A stretch of 64,000 nt of DNA from an uncultured Gemmatimonadales bacterium (lineage in GTDB: Bacteria; Gemmatimonadota; Gemmatimonadetes; Longimicrobiales; RSA9). The notes beneath the pieces were generated by a model. That model worked only from the letters and a program-made list of their open reading frames with translations. It was not told the DNA's origin and did not search any database. The position numbers were made by a program, and so were the translations under genes. Where the stretch lies: NCBI GenBank assembly GCA_963798085.1, contig CAWCRS010000009.1:128001-192000 (forward strand). Reading direction: 5' to 3'. Shown here in pieces: positions 30,174-41,163 of this stretch. How positions within the stretch are numbered: position 1 is the stretch's first letter; the number at the start of each line of letters is the position of its first letter.

Positions 30174-30645
30174 TCAGGTGTTGCCGTACAGCTCGCCGGC
30201 GCGCCGTTGCATCTCCTCAGGCGCGACATCCTCCACGTGCGTGGCAATCCACCAGTAGTGACCGAACGGATCCTCGAACTTGCCGCCGCGATCACCGTAG
30301 AACTGGTTCTCGACAGGCCGCAGCACCTTCGCGCCTGCCGCAACGGCGCGCTCCGCCACAGCGTCCACGTCATCCACGTAGATGTGCATGACGACGGGCG
30401 AGCCGCCGATGCTGCGCGGACTCAGCACGCCCATCTCCGGATACTCGATCGGAAAGCATGATGCCGGCATTGCCGATGGACAGCTCCGCGTGCCCGATGC
30501 GGCCGCCCGGCTCCGCCAGCCGGATCACTTCCGTGGCGCCGAACGCGCGCACGTAGAAGTCGACGGCGGCGGCGCCGTCGTTCACCGTGATGTAGGGCAC
30601 GAGCTGCGGGCGGTCCGTGGGAATGGGCTTCACCGGCGGCGTCAT
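30174..30645 (-). CDS. VOC/glyoxalase (PhnB-like) family protein (frameshift about 30450)
   Basis: PYITVNDGAAAVDFY, HAELSIG, QFYGDRGG.FEDPFGHYW. Confidence 0.9.
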
Positions 30646-30880
30646 TGCGGGCACCTCCGTCAGGGTTGCTGTTGCGTTGCGTCGAGTACACCGGCCGATG
30701 GAGATCGTGCGTCAGCGGGAGGCGGTCCTGCGCGCTGGCGTGAACGTTCCCCTCACAGGCCACCGGTTCGAGTCCCGGCGAGACGGCGGCCTGGTTCGGC
30801 CGATCCACCAGACCGGAAACTCCAGAGCCTGACGCTGAAAGTTGCATCTTCACGGTCGCAGCTGCGCAGTCGCGTTCAGT

Positions 30881-31038
30881 CGAGGGCAACCGCCGGATCC
30901 GCAGCACACTCCGGGCAGCGCGAGGGCAATCGCCTGAACCGCAGGACACCCTGGCAGCGCGAGGGCAATCGCCGGATCCGCAGGACACTCCGGGCAGCGC
31001 GAGGGCAACCGCCCGATCCGCGGGACACCGCAGCGCGA
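30881..31038. repeat. Tandem repeat, about 4 copies of 39-40 bp
   Basis: Unit CGAGGGCAAYCGCCGGATCCGCAGGACACTCCGGGCAGCG starting at 30881, 30921, 30960 and 31000. Confidence 0.85.
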
Positions 31039-31136
31039 GCGCAGTCGCAACTCCAGACGACGCGTCAGCGAAGCAGCGCAATGCCGCCGGAGTGACGGAA
31101 CAAACTCAGTGTCAGGATGAGCCCTGCGAGCCGCCG

Positions 31137-31427
31137 TCACCGCGCGCACACACACACGGCGTACAGCACGAACGGCGACCAGCGCCTGTGCACCAGCAGC
31201 GCGATGCTTCCTGCCGCACCGGCGATGGGCGACACCAGCGTGAGGAAGAGGAAGGCCACGGATTCGAAGCGGTTCGAGGGCCGCCCGGCAAAGGTGATGC
31301 ACAGCAAGCAGCCGGCAGCGACGACACTCAGCCAGAAGGGCGCGCGCCCCCCGCCGAAGCGGCGCCGCACCCATAGCGCCAGAGCGGGGGAAGACAAATA
31401 CGAGAGCAAACGGATGGACGGGCGCAA
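31137..31427 (-). CDS. Possible small membrane protein (may be frameshifted)
   Basis: Hydrophobic 96-aa ORF just downstream of the permease. Boundaries are uncertain. Confidence 0.35.
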   Translation of the reverse strand: MRPSIRLLSYLSSPALALWVRRRFGGGRAPFWLSVVAAGCLLCITFAGRPSNRFESVAFLFLTLVSPIAGAAGSIALLVHRRWSPFVLYAVCVCAR

Positions 31428-31458
31428 ACGGGATCCGTACCCAGGTGATCATGTCCAC

Positions 31459-32715
31459 TCAGAATGTCAGACGGGCGAGCGGTCCCGCGAACACCTGACA
31501 CAACAACGCACCCACCAGCGCCATCGACACACCCCAGATCAGCAGCCGGCGGAACAGCTGCGTGGCAGCGGGCCCATCGGGCACGGCGGCGAGGCACAGC
31601 GCGCCCAGTGTGCTGAGCGGCGACACGTCCACGAGCGCGGAGCCAACGTTGATGCTGAGCGCGACCGCCAGCGGGTCGCCGCCGCCCAGCTTCTGCACGA
31701 GGCCCGGCACCGTGGGCAGGAACGCGGGCAGCACCACGCCCGATGTACTGCTGTACGTCGAGATGGCGCCCGTGACGAATGCGATCACGCCGTTCACGGT
31801 GGCAGGCGACGCGAGACGGGAGAGGATGCCGGTGAAGAGGTCCATCCCCTTCGTCGCCTCCAGCAGTGCGATGAGCACGGTGACGCCGCTCACCATGATG
31901 ATCACGCCCCAGGGCACGCGGCGCATCGCGGTGCCATCCACCGCGGCGCGCGCGCCGATCAGCAGCGCCACCGCAGCGAAGGCGCTGAGTCCCACATTGA
32001 GGCGCAGCAGCAGCACGCCCGCGATCCACAGCACGATCACAGCGATGGTGATGCGTTGCGCGCGGTCCAGTTTCCCGGGCGGAGCGCTGGCACCATCCGC
32101 AGCAATGCGGCCGGACAGGCGACGCCCGCCTAACGCGAAGTAAGCAGCCACCGCCACCAGCAGGTGCGCCGCCAGGTTGGCGAAGAACACCTTGCCCTCG
32201 TGTCCGCCCAGTCCCGCCTCCGCCATCCGCGAATTGGCAATCACGCCCACCGCGCTGATGGGCGAGAGGTTCCCCGCATTGGCGCCGTTCGCGACCATCA
32301 GCGCCGTCAGGAACGGCGACACGCCGGCGCGCCCGCCAATCGCCATGGCCAGCGGGGCGATCAGCGCCACACTCGAGATGGCCCCCGGTCCCACACTCGA
32401 GACCAGGCAGGCGATCAGGAAGAAGACCGCGGGCAGCAGCCGCGCATCGCCCCGGGCCAGCTGCACCGCGCGCTGCGCCAGCCGCTCCAGTGTGCCGTTG
32501 GTTTCGGCACACGCAAACAGCAGTGTTATGCCGGTGAGCGTGAGGAACAGCGACGCGGGAAAGCCGCGCATCACGCTCTCCGCGCCCAGCTTCGCCAGGT
32601 ACACGCCGATCAGCCAGGCGAACGCGATGGCGATCAGGCCCACATTGATGCGCGTCGCGATGGACAGCGCAATGGCGACGATGAGCGCCAGCAACGAGGC
32701 GAGGGCAGGCGACAT
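31459..32715 (-). CDS. SLC13/CitMHS-like (dicarboxylate carrier) permease
   Basis: About 12 TM helices, INVGL, NGTLE, GANAGNLSPIS, DVSPLSTLGA. Confidence 0.85.
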   Translation of the reverse strand: MSPALASLLALIVAIALSIATRINVGLIAIAFAWLIGVYLAKLGAESVMRGFPASLFLTLTGITLLFACAETNGTLERLAQRAVQLARGDARLLPAVFFLIACLVSSVGPGAISSVALIAPLAMAIGGRAGVSPFLTALMVANGANAGNLSPISAVGVIANSRMAEAGLGGHEGKVFFANLAAHLLVAVAAYFALGGRRLSGRIAADGASAPPGKLDRAQRITIAVIVLWIAGVLLLRLNVGLSAFAAVALLIGARAAVDGTAMRRVPWGVIIMVSGVTVLIALLEATKGMDLFTGILSRLASPATVNGVIAFVTGAISTYSSTSGVVLPAFLPTVPGLVQKLGGGDPLAVALSINVGSALVDVSPLSTLGALCLAAVPDGPAATQLFRRLLIWGVSMALVGALLCQVFAGPLARLTF

Positions 32716-32936
32716 GGCCTTCGGATCGGTTCGGGCGAAAGGGCGAGGCTGGTGGCGGCCCACGCTACGCGCAGGCAGCCGCGCGGACAAGGGACGCCGT
32801 CACGACCGGCACGTCTGACGGCAGGCTGTTGGCCGGAATCAGCCGGCCGCGTGAAGCATCAGCCGAAGGCGGGTGCGCTTGGAGGCGGGATGGCCGCGTC
32901 GCGCGCAGAACGCGCACACGCAACCGCCACGCAGGC

Positions 32937-33266
32937 TCACGTGGCGCGCAGCACCTTGCTCATGGCCGCGGCATAAGCCGACCAGTCGCCGCTCTTGTCG
33001 CTCAGCGCGCGCTTGCCTGCGCGCGTCAGACTGTAGTAGCGCGCGCGCCGATTGTTCTCCGACAGACCCCACTCCGACGAGACCCAGCCGCGATCCTCCA
33101 GCCGGTGCAGCGCCACGTACAACGCACGATCCTCGACCAGGATCGTTTCATCCGTGGTCTCGCGGATCCAGCGCGCCACATCGTAGCCGTGTCGCGCATC
33201 AGTGCCCAGCGCCTTGAGCACGAGCAGATCGAGTGTGCCCTGCAGCAGATCGAGGTTGTCGCGCAT
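32937..33266 (-). CDS. PadR family transcriptional regulator
   Basis: LLQGTLDLLVLK, HGYDV, LYVALHRLE..GW, SENNRRARYY. Confidence 0.93.
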   Translation of the reverse strand: MRDNLDLLQGTLDLLVLKALGTDARHGYDVARWIRETTDETILVEDRALYVALHRLEDRGWVSSEWGLSENNRRARYYSLTRAGKRALSDKSGDWSAYAAAMSKVLRAT

Positions 33267-33386
33267 CGCTCCCCCGGAATCGTTCCGGGGAGGAACCTAC
33301 GCCTCGCTGCAGCGCTGCGGCAAGGACGAGGCGGCGCGAGGCGGCTGCGCTGTGCGCCGGCGTGGCGTCCGTGATGGGGCGATGGG

Positions 33387-33857
33387 TCAGAGTGCGCAGC
33401 TGCCGCTGCTCAGGTGGTGGCGCAGGCCTTCCTGACCCCAGCGCATGATCACATTGTGATTCCACGTGAAGACGGGGCGGGCAACGGGAGCGAGCAGGCG
33501 CATCCATTGTCGGGTGGCATCCACGCTCCAGTCGTAGCGCACGTGTGTGGTCTCGCCTTCTTCATGCATGGTCCAGCGGCCGGTGCCGCGCAGTTCGCCC
33601 ATGGCCTCGGCTTCGAGCAGCTGGTGCTGCACGACACGCGTGGTCCGCAGTTCGACGATGAGGCGATAGCGCAGGCGGCTGCGCCAGGTGAAGCGGCGGA
33701 TGCTGCCGAGGCCATCGGCATCGGCGGGCCTTGTCTCCACGACACTTTCCAGGCCTCGCCACCAGGCAGGCCAGTGGAGCGGGTGGGTGATCTCTTCCCA
33801 CACGGTGGCGAGCGGCGCGTCGAAGGCCCACCGGCTGATGAACGAGTATTGTGCCAC
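33387..33857 (-). CDS. SRPBCC/START-like family protein
   Basis: W.FDAP...VWE......WPAWW, FTWNHN.IMRWG. Confidence 0.85.
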   Translation of the reverse strand: MAQYSFISRWAFDAPLATVWEEITHPLHWPAWWRGLESVVETRPADADGLGSIRRFTWRSRLRYRLIVELRTTRVVQHQLLEAEAMGELRGTGRWTMHEEGETTHVRYDWSVDATRQWMRLLAPVARPVFTWNHNVIMRWGQEGLRHHLSSGSCAL

Positions 33858-33988
33858 GCGCGACTCCGGAGGCTGGTACTGGCGCCGATCGCGAGGAACG
33901 GCGTGCGCTCCGCCGGTTAATGTGCGCGATACCGGTACGGGCGCAAGCCGCTTGCCTTCCTTCTGGCCCCCGCCGATTCTTCCGCTCC

Positions 33989-35026
33989 ATGCGCAATCTG
34001 CTCGTACTGCTCGCCGCCCTGCTCGCAGTGCACGCGGCGCTGTTGTTCGCGCACCCGCGCGGCGCGTTGCCCTCGCCTGCGGCTGGCGACGTGCAGGTCG
34101 GCATTGTCTTCGATGTGGGCGGTCGCGGCGACAAGTCGTTCAACGACGGCGCCTGGCTGGGTGCAGAACGCGCGATCCACGATCTGGGCGCAAAGGTGCG
34201 TTTCATCGAGCCGGGGGAAGGGTCGGACCGGGAAGCGGGATTGCGGCTGCTGGCGGCCGAGGGCATGGACCTCGTGGTGGGCGTCGGCTTCATCTTCAGC
34301 GATGATCTCACGCAGCTGGCGCGCGAGTATCCTGACACGCGGTTTGCGGGCGTCGATTACGCGTTGCAGACCGACTCGCTGGGCAATGTGATTGCGCCGC
34401 CGTCCAATCTCGCCGCCCTGAAGTTCCACGAGGAGCAGGGTTCTTTCCTGGTGGGCGCACTGGCCGCGCTGGTGGGCAAATCGAAGAAAGTCGGGTTCGT
34501 GGGCGGCATGGACATCCCGCTCATCCACAAGTTCGAGGCCGGCTATCGCGCGGGCGTGCACGCGGTCTGCCCGGACTGCACGGTGCTGGCGCAGTACGCG
34601 GGTGTGACGCCGGAAGCGTTCCGCAATCCTGGCCGCGGCAAGGAGCTGGCGCTGAGCCAGTACCAGCAGGGTGTCAACGTGATCTATCACGCATCGGGCT
34701 CGACCGGGCTGGGCGTATTCGAGGCGGCGCGCGCCACCGGCAAGCTGGCGATCGGTGTGGACGCGGATCAGTACGCGGAAGCGCCCGGCTTCGTGCTCAC
34801 CTCGATGGTGAAGCAGGTGAACAACGTCGTCTATCAGGCCGTCCGCCTGGTGAAGGAAGGCACGTTCAAGGGCGGCATCTACGAGTTCGGTCTGGCAGAA
34901 GGCGGCGTGGGCTACATCTACGACGAGCACAATCGCGCGCTGATCCCGGACAGCGTGCACGCGCGGCTGGAGCAGCTGCAGGCCGACATCATTGCCGGCC
35001 GCATCCAGGTGCCGAGCACGCGATGA
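33989..35026 (+). CDS. BMP family ABC substrate-binding protein (nucleoside-type)
   Basis: GGRGDKSFND, FHEEQGSFLVG, AIGVDADQ, TSMVK. Confidence 0.93.
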   Translation: MRNLLVLLAALLAVHAALLFAHPRGALPSPAAGDVQVGIVFDVGGRGDKSFNDGAWLGAERAIHDLGAKVRFIEPGEGSDREAGLRLLAAEGMDLVVGVGFIFSDDLTQLAREYPDTRFAGVDYALQTDSLGNVIAPPSNLAALKFHEEQGSFLVGALAALVGKSKKVGFVGGMDIPLIHKFEAGYRAGVHAVCPDCTVLAQYAGVTPEAFRNPGRGKELALSQYQQGVNVIYHASGSTGLGVFEAARATGKLAIGVDADQYAEAPGFVLTSMVKQVNNVVYQAVRLVKEGTFKGGIYEFGLAEGGVGYIYDEHNRALIPDSVHARLEQLQADIIAGRIQVPSTR

Positions 35027-36664
35027 GTGCGGCGCAGCTTCCGCCGGCGCTGGCGGCCGAGGGCATCGTCAAGCGCTTCGGCGCAGTCGTCGCCAATCGC
35101 GAAGCATCGCTGGAAGTCGCGGCCGGCGAGATCCACGCCGTGGTGGGCGAGAACGGTGCGGGCAAGTCCACGCTGATGCGCGTGCTGAGCGGCATGTACT
35201 CGCCTGATGCCGGTCGCGTTCTCGTGAATGGCCGCGACGTTACCGGCTGGAGCGCGCGCGCTGCCATTGCCGCAGGCGTGGGCATGGTGCACCAGCATTT
35301 CATGCTTGTGCCCACGCTCACGGTGGCGGAGAACGTGATGCTCGGTCACGAGCTGCGCCGTGGCTGGCAGCTGGACCGTGCGGCGGCCGCCACCGCGGTG
35401 CAGCAGCTCAGTCAGCGCACCGGCCTTGCGGTCACGCCCACGCGACGCGTCGCGGAACTCTCCGTGGGCGAAGCGCAGCGCGTCGAAATCCTGAAGACGC
35501 TGTTTCGTGGCGCCCGCATCCTGATTCTCGATGAGCCCACCGCCGTGCTCTCGCCGCCCGAAGTGCAGGAGCTGTGGGCCGTGCTGCGGCGGCTGCGCGC
35601 CGACGGCGGCACCGTCGTGCTGATCACGCACAAGCTGGACGAGGTGATCGAGATCTCGGAGACGATCACGGTCATGCGCGCGGGTCGCACGGTGGAGCGC
35701 ATGAGGACGGCGGCTGCCACGCCCGCAGTCATTGCGCGCGCCATGGTGGGCCGCGACGTGGCGCTGGTGGGCGATGCGCTGGGCCTGCAGGAAGCCGCGC
35801 TCCCGGCGGCCTCACTAACACAGGGTTCAGGCGACGCCACGGCCGCGGGCGCCGGCGTTTCCGCTGGCAGCGGGGCGCCGCCGGTATCCGGAGCACACAT
35901 CGCGCCCGGCCAGGGCCTCGAGGTGCGCGAGCTGGTCGTAGCGAGCGCACGCCGCGCGCGCGAGGTGGATGGCGTGTCCTTCACCGTCCCGCCCGGCGAG
36001 ATCTTCGGCATTGCGGGTGTCGAGGGCAACGGACAGACGGAGCTGATCGAGGCGCTCGCGGGACTGCGCCCGGTCGCCTCCGGCAGCATCCGGCTGAACG
36101 GCCGCGAGTGCACGCACGCGAGTGTGCGCGAACGCGCGGATGCCGGACTCTCGCACATCCCGGAGGATCGCCACCGTCGCGGCCTGGTGCTCGATTACTC
36201 GGTGGCGGACAACCTGATCCTCGGCCTGCAGCACCGCTTCACCCGCCGCGGCCGGCTGGACCGTGCGGCCATTGCGGCGAATGCGCGCGAGCGCGTGCAG
36301 CGCTTCGACATCCGCCCGCCTGACAGCGCATTACCGGCGCGCGCTCTGTCCGGCGGCAACCAGCAGAAGATCGTGATCGCGCGGGAAATGGGCCGCGATT
36401 TCAGGGTGCTGCTCGCGTCGCAGCCCACGCGCGGCGTGGACGTGGGCGCCATCGAGTTCATCCACGAGCAGCTGCGCGGTGCGCGTGACAGCCGGCAAGG
36501 CGGTGCTGCTGGTGAGCGCCGACCTGATGGAAGTGCTGGCGCTGTCCGACGCCATCGCCGTCATGTACGGTGGCCGCATGGTCACGGTGCAGCGGCGAGG
36601 CGAGGCCACGCGCGAGTCGCTGGGCGCGTGGATGACCGGTGCGGCCAGGGCAGTCGAAGCATGA
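35023..36664 (+). CDS. Carbohydrate/nucleoside ABC ATP-binding protein, two NBDs (frameshift about 36495)
   Basis: GENGAGKST, DEPTAVL, GVEGNGQ, LSGGNQQK, QPTRGVDVG. The C-terminus continues in the 36479-36664 frame. Confidence 0.92.
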
Positions 36665-37812
36665 GCGCGCAGCCTGCGAACAGTCCGGTCAGCGCCGCGG
36701 AGAGCGGGCCCCGTCGTCGCCTGCAATACCTGGAATCCGTGCTGCCGCCGCTCGTCGCCATCCTGATCGCGGCGGTGATCGGCGACGTGCTGATTCTCGT
36801 CTTCGGCCAGTCGCCGGCGGAAGTGTATCGCCAGCTGTTCGAGGGCACGTGGGGCAACGCCTACGGTTTCGGGCAGGTGCTCTACAAGACGACGACCCTC
36901 ACCTGCACCGGTCTCGCCGTGGCCATCGGCATGCGCGCCGGTGTGTTCAACATTGGCGCGGAAAGTCAGCTGGCGGCCGGCGGCTTCAGCGCGGCCATCA
37001 TGGGGCTGGCGCTGCCGCCCGGCACTCCGGTGTTGCTCGCGGTGCCGCTGTGTCTGCTCGCCGCCTGCGCGGGCGGTGGACTCGTCGGCCTGGTGCCGGG
37101 CGTGCTCAAGGCCAGGTACGGCGCCAGCGAAGTCATCGTCACGATCATGCTGAACTTCATCGTGCTGGCGCTGCTCAACTGGATCGTGGCTTCGCACCTG
37201 CACGTTCCGGAAACGCTGCACACGCCGGAGATTCACGCAGGCGGTGTGGCGCGCCTGGCGGATGTCTTTGCGGCGTTCCACGGTTCCGCCGCCAACTTCA
37301 CGCTGCTCTTCGCGCTGGCCGCGGCCGCGCTGACCGGGTGGTACCTGTTCCGCACGCGTGGCGGCTACGAGCTGCGCGCCGCCGGATTGCAGCCCGATGC
37401 GGCCGAATACGGTGGCGTGAAAGTGGGGCGGGTCTGGCTGCGCGCGCTGGTGCTGGGCGGCGTCCTGGCCGGACTGGGTGGCGTTAATTTCGTGTCAGGA
37501 TACAAGCACTATTACGAGGAAGGCTTTGCCGGCGGCGCCGGTTTCCTGGGCATTGCCGTGGCGCTCGTGGGTCGCAATCACCCGCTGGGTGTGGTGCTCG
37601 CGGCGTTGCTCTTCGCCACACTGTCGCAGGGCGGGCTGGCGGTGGGCGCGCTGGTGCCCAAGCAGATGGTCGATGTGCTGACCGCGGTGGTGATCATTGC
37701 GGTGGTCACGGCCATGCCCGAAGTGCGCCGCCTGCTGCGTGCGCGCCGCGCGATCCCGCCGACGGCGTCGCCGAGCACGGGCGCACGCACAGCGCCGGCG
37801 GTGCAGTCATGA
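36661..37812 (+). CDS. Nucleoside-type ABC permease
   Basis: FNIGAESQ, SEVIVTIMLNF, GFLGIAVALVGRNHP. Confidence 0.9.
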   Translation: MSAQPANSPVSAAESGPRRRLQYLESVLPPLVAILIAAVIGDVLILVFGQSPAEVYRQLFEGTWGNAYGFGQVLYKTTTLTCTGLAVAIGMRAGVFNIGAESQLAAGGFSAAIMGLALPPGTPVLLAVPLCLLAACAGGGLVGLVPGVLKARYGASEVIVTIMLNFIVLALLNWIVASHLHVPETLHTPEIHAGGVARLADVFAAFHGSAANFTLLFALAAAALTGWYLFRTRGGYELRAAGLQPDAAEYGGVKVGRVWLRALVLGGVLAGLGGVNFVSGYKHYYEEGFAGGAGFLGIAVALVGRNHPLGVVLAALLFATLSQGGLAVGALVPKQMVDVLTAVVIIAVVTAMPEVRRLLRARRAIPPTASPSTGARTAPAVQS

Positions 37813-38690
37813 GCCTGCTGGCGTTTCTGGCGCAGACCATTCGCATCGCGACGCCCTACCTGTTCGCCGCGGCCGGCGGTGTGCTGTCGGAGCGCTCGGG
37901 GGTGATCGCGCTGGGGCTCGAGGGATTCATGCTGAGCGGCGCGTTCTGCGCGGTGCTGGGCAGCTGGGCCACGGGATCACCGATCGTGGGCGCACTGTGC
38001 GGCGTGGGTGGCGGCGCACTGGCCGCGCTGCTCTACGGCCTCACCGCCATCCGCTACCGCGCCGATCAGGTCGTGACCGGCATCGCCATCAATCTGCTGG
38101 CGATTGGCGTCACGCGACTCTTCCTGAAGATGGCATTCGACAGCTCGTCGAATTCGCCGCGCGTGGCGGGCTTCGGCGGACCCCAGAGCGGCTCCGGCCT
38201 GCTGGCATCGTTCAGCAACCCGCTCGTATGGCTGGGCGTCGGCGCTATCGTCTTTGTGTGGTGGCTGCTGGCGCGCACGCCTTTCGGCTTGCGCGTGCGG
38301 GCTGCCGGCGAAAAGCCGGAGGCCGCCGCGTCGGTGGGTGTGTCCGTGGCGAAGGTGCGCTGGATCGCGGTGACGTTGTCCGGCTTGTTCGCTGCGCTGG
38401 GCGGCGTGTACCTCTCGCTCGATCAGCACCAGTTCACGGACAACATGACGGCGGGACGCGGATTCATCGCGCTCGCAGCCGTGATCTTCGGCAAATGGGA
38501 GCCGGGGAAGGCGGCCATCGCGTGTCTCCTGTTCGCGGCGGCCGAAACGCTCCAGATTCAGCTGCAGGCGCTCGAGCTGGTGCCATCGCAATTCATCGAG
38601 ATGATCCCGTACGTGCTCACCATCATTGCCCTGGCCGGACTTGTCGGACGCGCCACCGCGCCCGCTGCACTGGGCCGGGTCACAGAATAG
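37809..38690 (+). CDS. Nucleoside-type ABC permease
   Basis: SERSGVI..GLEG, GLRVRAAGE.P, GRGFIALAAVIFG.W. Confidence 0.92.
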   Translation: MSLLAFLAQTIRIATPYLFAAAGGVLSERSGVIALGLEGFMLSGAFCAVLGSWATGSPIVGALCGVGGGALAALLYGLTAIRYRADQVVTGIAINLLAIGVTRLFLKMAFDSSSNSPRVAGFGGPQSGSGLLASFSNPLVWLGVGAIVFVWWLLARTPFGLRVRAAGEKPEAAASVGVSVAKVRWIAVTLSGLFAALGGVYLSLDQHQFTDNMTAGRGFIALAAVIFGKWEPGKAAIACLLFAAAETLQIQLQALELVPSQFIEMIPYVLTIIALAGLVGRATAPAALGRVTE

Positions 38691-38699
38691 AGTCGTCGC

Positions 38700-39059
38700 G
38701 TGCTCGACAATGTCCGCGCCATCATTGCCGCCATGGCGGGCAGCGCCGTGCGCGGCACGCCGCTCCGCAGCATCTACGACTTCAGGCGAGGGCGTTTCGT
38801 GGTCCTCCGCGGCGCGCTGTCCGCGGACCGCGCCTTCGCGTTCGATCAGGAGCGCGACTGCCAGGTGAACGGTGCGCGCGCCGGTGGCCGCTTCGAGCTT
38901 TTCGACTACGGCCGCATGGCGTACCTGAATTTCACACTCACGGGCAACCAGCTGGCGGGCTACGACTTCGGCTCCCACCGCTACTTTTCCGGCACCGTGA
39001 CCGGGGAATTCGTGCAGATCTTCGATTTCGAGCAGGCTGTTTACTGCCACTACGCGTGA
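38700..39059 (+). CDS. Hypothetical protein
   Basis: 119-aa ORF 9 nt after the permease, with GC3-biased codons and repeated aromatic-D motifs. Confidence 0.6.
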   Translation: MLDNVRAIIAAMAGSAVRGTPLRSIYDFRRGRFVVLRGALSADRAFAFDQERDCQVNGARAGGRFELFDYGRMAYLNFTLTGNQLAGYDFGSHRYFSGTVTGEFVQIFDFEQAVYCHYA

Positions 39060-39363
39060 CGCAAAGCTGACCGGTATCGGCGCGCGGTGATTTCGAGGTG
39101 GGGAACGGCTTGACGAAACGTTTCCGGGTTCTCGTTCGCCGCCTGGGTGACACGCGTCAAAAGCGATGTTCTGGAGCGTCCGCAGCCGCGTTTCGCCGGG
39201 CGCCGGCGCCCGAGGCGACGCGCGGGCGGGTGGGCGGGTGGGCGGGCGTGACGGTATTTTGTACGTGCCTGCGCAATGCAACCGTGGGATCGGCAATCCG
39301 TGTCGGGACAACTCCCCGCTCCGGCACGATCCGGCCCGGGCATCGACCAAAGGAGAGAAGACC

Positions 39364-39834
39364 ATGCGCCGCCTGCTCACGCTCACCACTGTACTGCTGC
39401 TGGCCGCCAGTGCCTGCAAGAAGGACTCGACCGGGCCGGATGGCAACAACGGCAACGGCAATCTGGCCAATGGTTCCATGAGTGCCACCATCAACGGCAG
39501 CGACTGGCGGGCGACCCTCTCCCTTGCCGGCACGTACAGCAGCGGAATCCTGGCCATCGCCGGCACCAACGGAACGAGTGGCACGCTGGGCATGGCGCTG
39601 TTTGCGTCGGGGACGGGTACGTTCCCGTTCACCGCTGCGAATGGCGGTAACGCCACGCTCACGGTGGGATCCAGCGCGTGGGTCGCGTCGGGAGTGACGG
39701 GCAGCGGCAGCGTGACCATCACCGCGCTCTCCTCGACAGGCGCGACCGGCACATTCACACTGTCCATGGTGCCCAGTGGCGCGGCGACGGGGAACAAGAC
39801 CGTGACCAATGGTGCTTTCAACGTCAAGTTCTGA
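39364..39834 (+). CDS. Hypothetical lipoprotein
   Basis: AGGAG RBS, lipobox ASAC, S/T/G-rich beta domain ending GAFNVKF. Confidence 0.75.
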   Translation: MRRLLTLTTVLLLAASACKKDSTGPDGNNGNGNLANGSMSATINGSDWRATLSLAGTYSSGILAIAGTNGTSGTLGMALFASGTGTFPFTAANGGNATLTVGSSAWVASGVTGSGSVTITALSSTGATGTFTLSMVPSGAATGNKTVTNGAFNVKF

Positions 39835-39861
39835 GCATCGTGAACTGACTCTGGAGGCGGC

Positions 39862-40362
39862 ATGTCGGCATGGACGGAAGCGGTGCACAACTGGGAGCGC
39901 TGTCGCAACGGGCTGGTGGCGGAGCTGCGGGCGATAGCACCGGGTTATCTGGATGTGCGCCCCGCGTCGGGTGCGCGCACGGCGAGGGAGATTGCGGAGC
40001 ACCTGTGGCAGGCGTCACAGAATCATGTGCACCGCCTCGAAACGAAGGCGCCGTTCGTGCCCGGCTCGCCTGCCCAGCACCAGCATCCGCCCGACACGGA
40101 TTTCGCCACACTGCTGGCCAATGACTGGACCGGCAACCTCAAGCCGCGGCTGGAGCGCATGGAGGCCGATGCCGGTGTGATGCTGGATGGCATGTTCGGC
40201 CCGCAGACCGTGCTGTCCTACGTCTGGTTCGCGCTCTCCCACGAGTGGTATCATCGCGGCCAGGTCGCCACCTACGTCCGCCTCTCCGGCAACGTGCCCG
40301 CACTGACGCAGTTCATCATGCAGCGCCAGGCGCAGGCTCAGGCGCCGCCGGCTAACAGCTGA
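39862..40362 (+). CDS. DinB family protein
   Basis: EIAEHL ... HEWYHRGQVATYVRLSG. Confidence 0.9.
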   Translation: MSAWTEAVHNWERCRNGLVAELRAIAPGYLDVRPASGARTAREIAEHLWQASQNHVHRLETKAPFVPGSPAQHQHPPDTDFATLLANDWTGNLKPRLERMEADAGVMLDGMFGPQTVLSYVWFALSHEWYHRGQVATYVRLSGNVPALTQFIMQRQAQAQAPPANS

Positions 40363-40467
40363 GCAGGAACCGCCTGCGGCCGGGAGCGGGGCGGCAGGCG
40401 GAGCGCCGCAGCCGCTGACGGGCGGGTCGTCGCAGTCCGCAGTACGGATTGCAGGCGACCCGCTCGT

Positions 40468-41133
40468 TCACGTTTCCGTCGCCACGCCTGCGGTCCCGCC
40501 GAGAATGCTGCGGGCGGCGCGCAGCGCTTCCACCACGCGCTCCCGATCGAGCAGGTCATCGAGTTTGAGCCGGCGTACGCGGCCGTCGCGCGCCACCACG
40601 CGGGCTTCGCGATCCTCAATGTCGATGCGATCAATGTCTGCCCACGCGCGCTTGAAGCGACGGAACGGCCGCCCGCCAATGACCATGAATTCGTCGTTGA
40701 TGCGCAGCGCGCGGCGCCGGCGGCCCCGATCGCCAATGCGGCCGTGCAGCAGTCCCAGGATCAGTGTGACAATGGCGAGTGCGATGGCAGGCCGGGTCAC
40801 GTGCTGGTGGGTGTACCACTGGTGCATCGCCTGCAGGGACAGCATCGCGGCGGCCAGTATGTCGTTCCAGTCGATGGCGTGCGGTGCGGCTTCACCCGCG
40901 TCTTCACCTCGCCGGACCGCGCGCACCGCGAAGAAGAGCGAGCGCAGCATGAGTGCGCCCACCAGCGCTTCGGCGGTGGCCAGCGTGAGGCCGGCGGCGC
41001 CTGTCGCGCCACCCCTGAGGCCGTGAATGCCCTGGGACAGCAGGGCGCCCGCGGGAATCAGGTCCTGCAGTTGCTGCACGAGCAGAGCGCGCTCGCGCCG
41101 GCGCGAGCGAAGCGGGACCACGATATCCGTCAA
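40468..41133 (-). CDS. Hypothetical membrane protein (C-terminal bacterial PH-like segment)
   Basis: Several TM helices followed by ...AWADIDRIDI beta segment. Confidence 0.65.
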   Translation of the reverse strand: MTDIVVPLRSRRRERALLVQQLQDLIPAGALLSQGIHGLRGGATGAAGLTLATAEALVGALMLRSLFFAVRAVRRGEDAGEAAPHAIDWNDILAAAMLSLQAMHQWYTHQHVTRPAIALAIVTLILGLLHGRIGDRGRRRRALRINDEFMVIGGRPFRRFKRAWADIDRIDIEDREARVVARDGRVRRLKLDDLLDRERVVEALRAARSILGGTAGVATET

Positions 41134-41163
41134 GCGCGGGCGGCCCTCCGCCGCAGGGCAGTG

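Noticed and set aside
30762..30778. tRNA T-arm-like GGTTCGAGTCCC
   Set aside because: The T-stem does not pair canonically, and no acceptor, D or anticodon arms could be built around it.
30881..31038. CRISPR array
   Set aside because: The repeats are contiguous with no unique spacers, and there are no cas genes in the window.
35023..37812. Apparent 929-aa ATPase-permease fusion
   Set aside because: The conserved ATPase end (GKAVLLVSADL.E) is in the alternative frame ending at 36664 with an ATGA overlap. This is an indel artefact.
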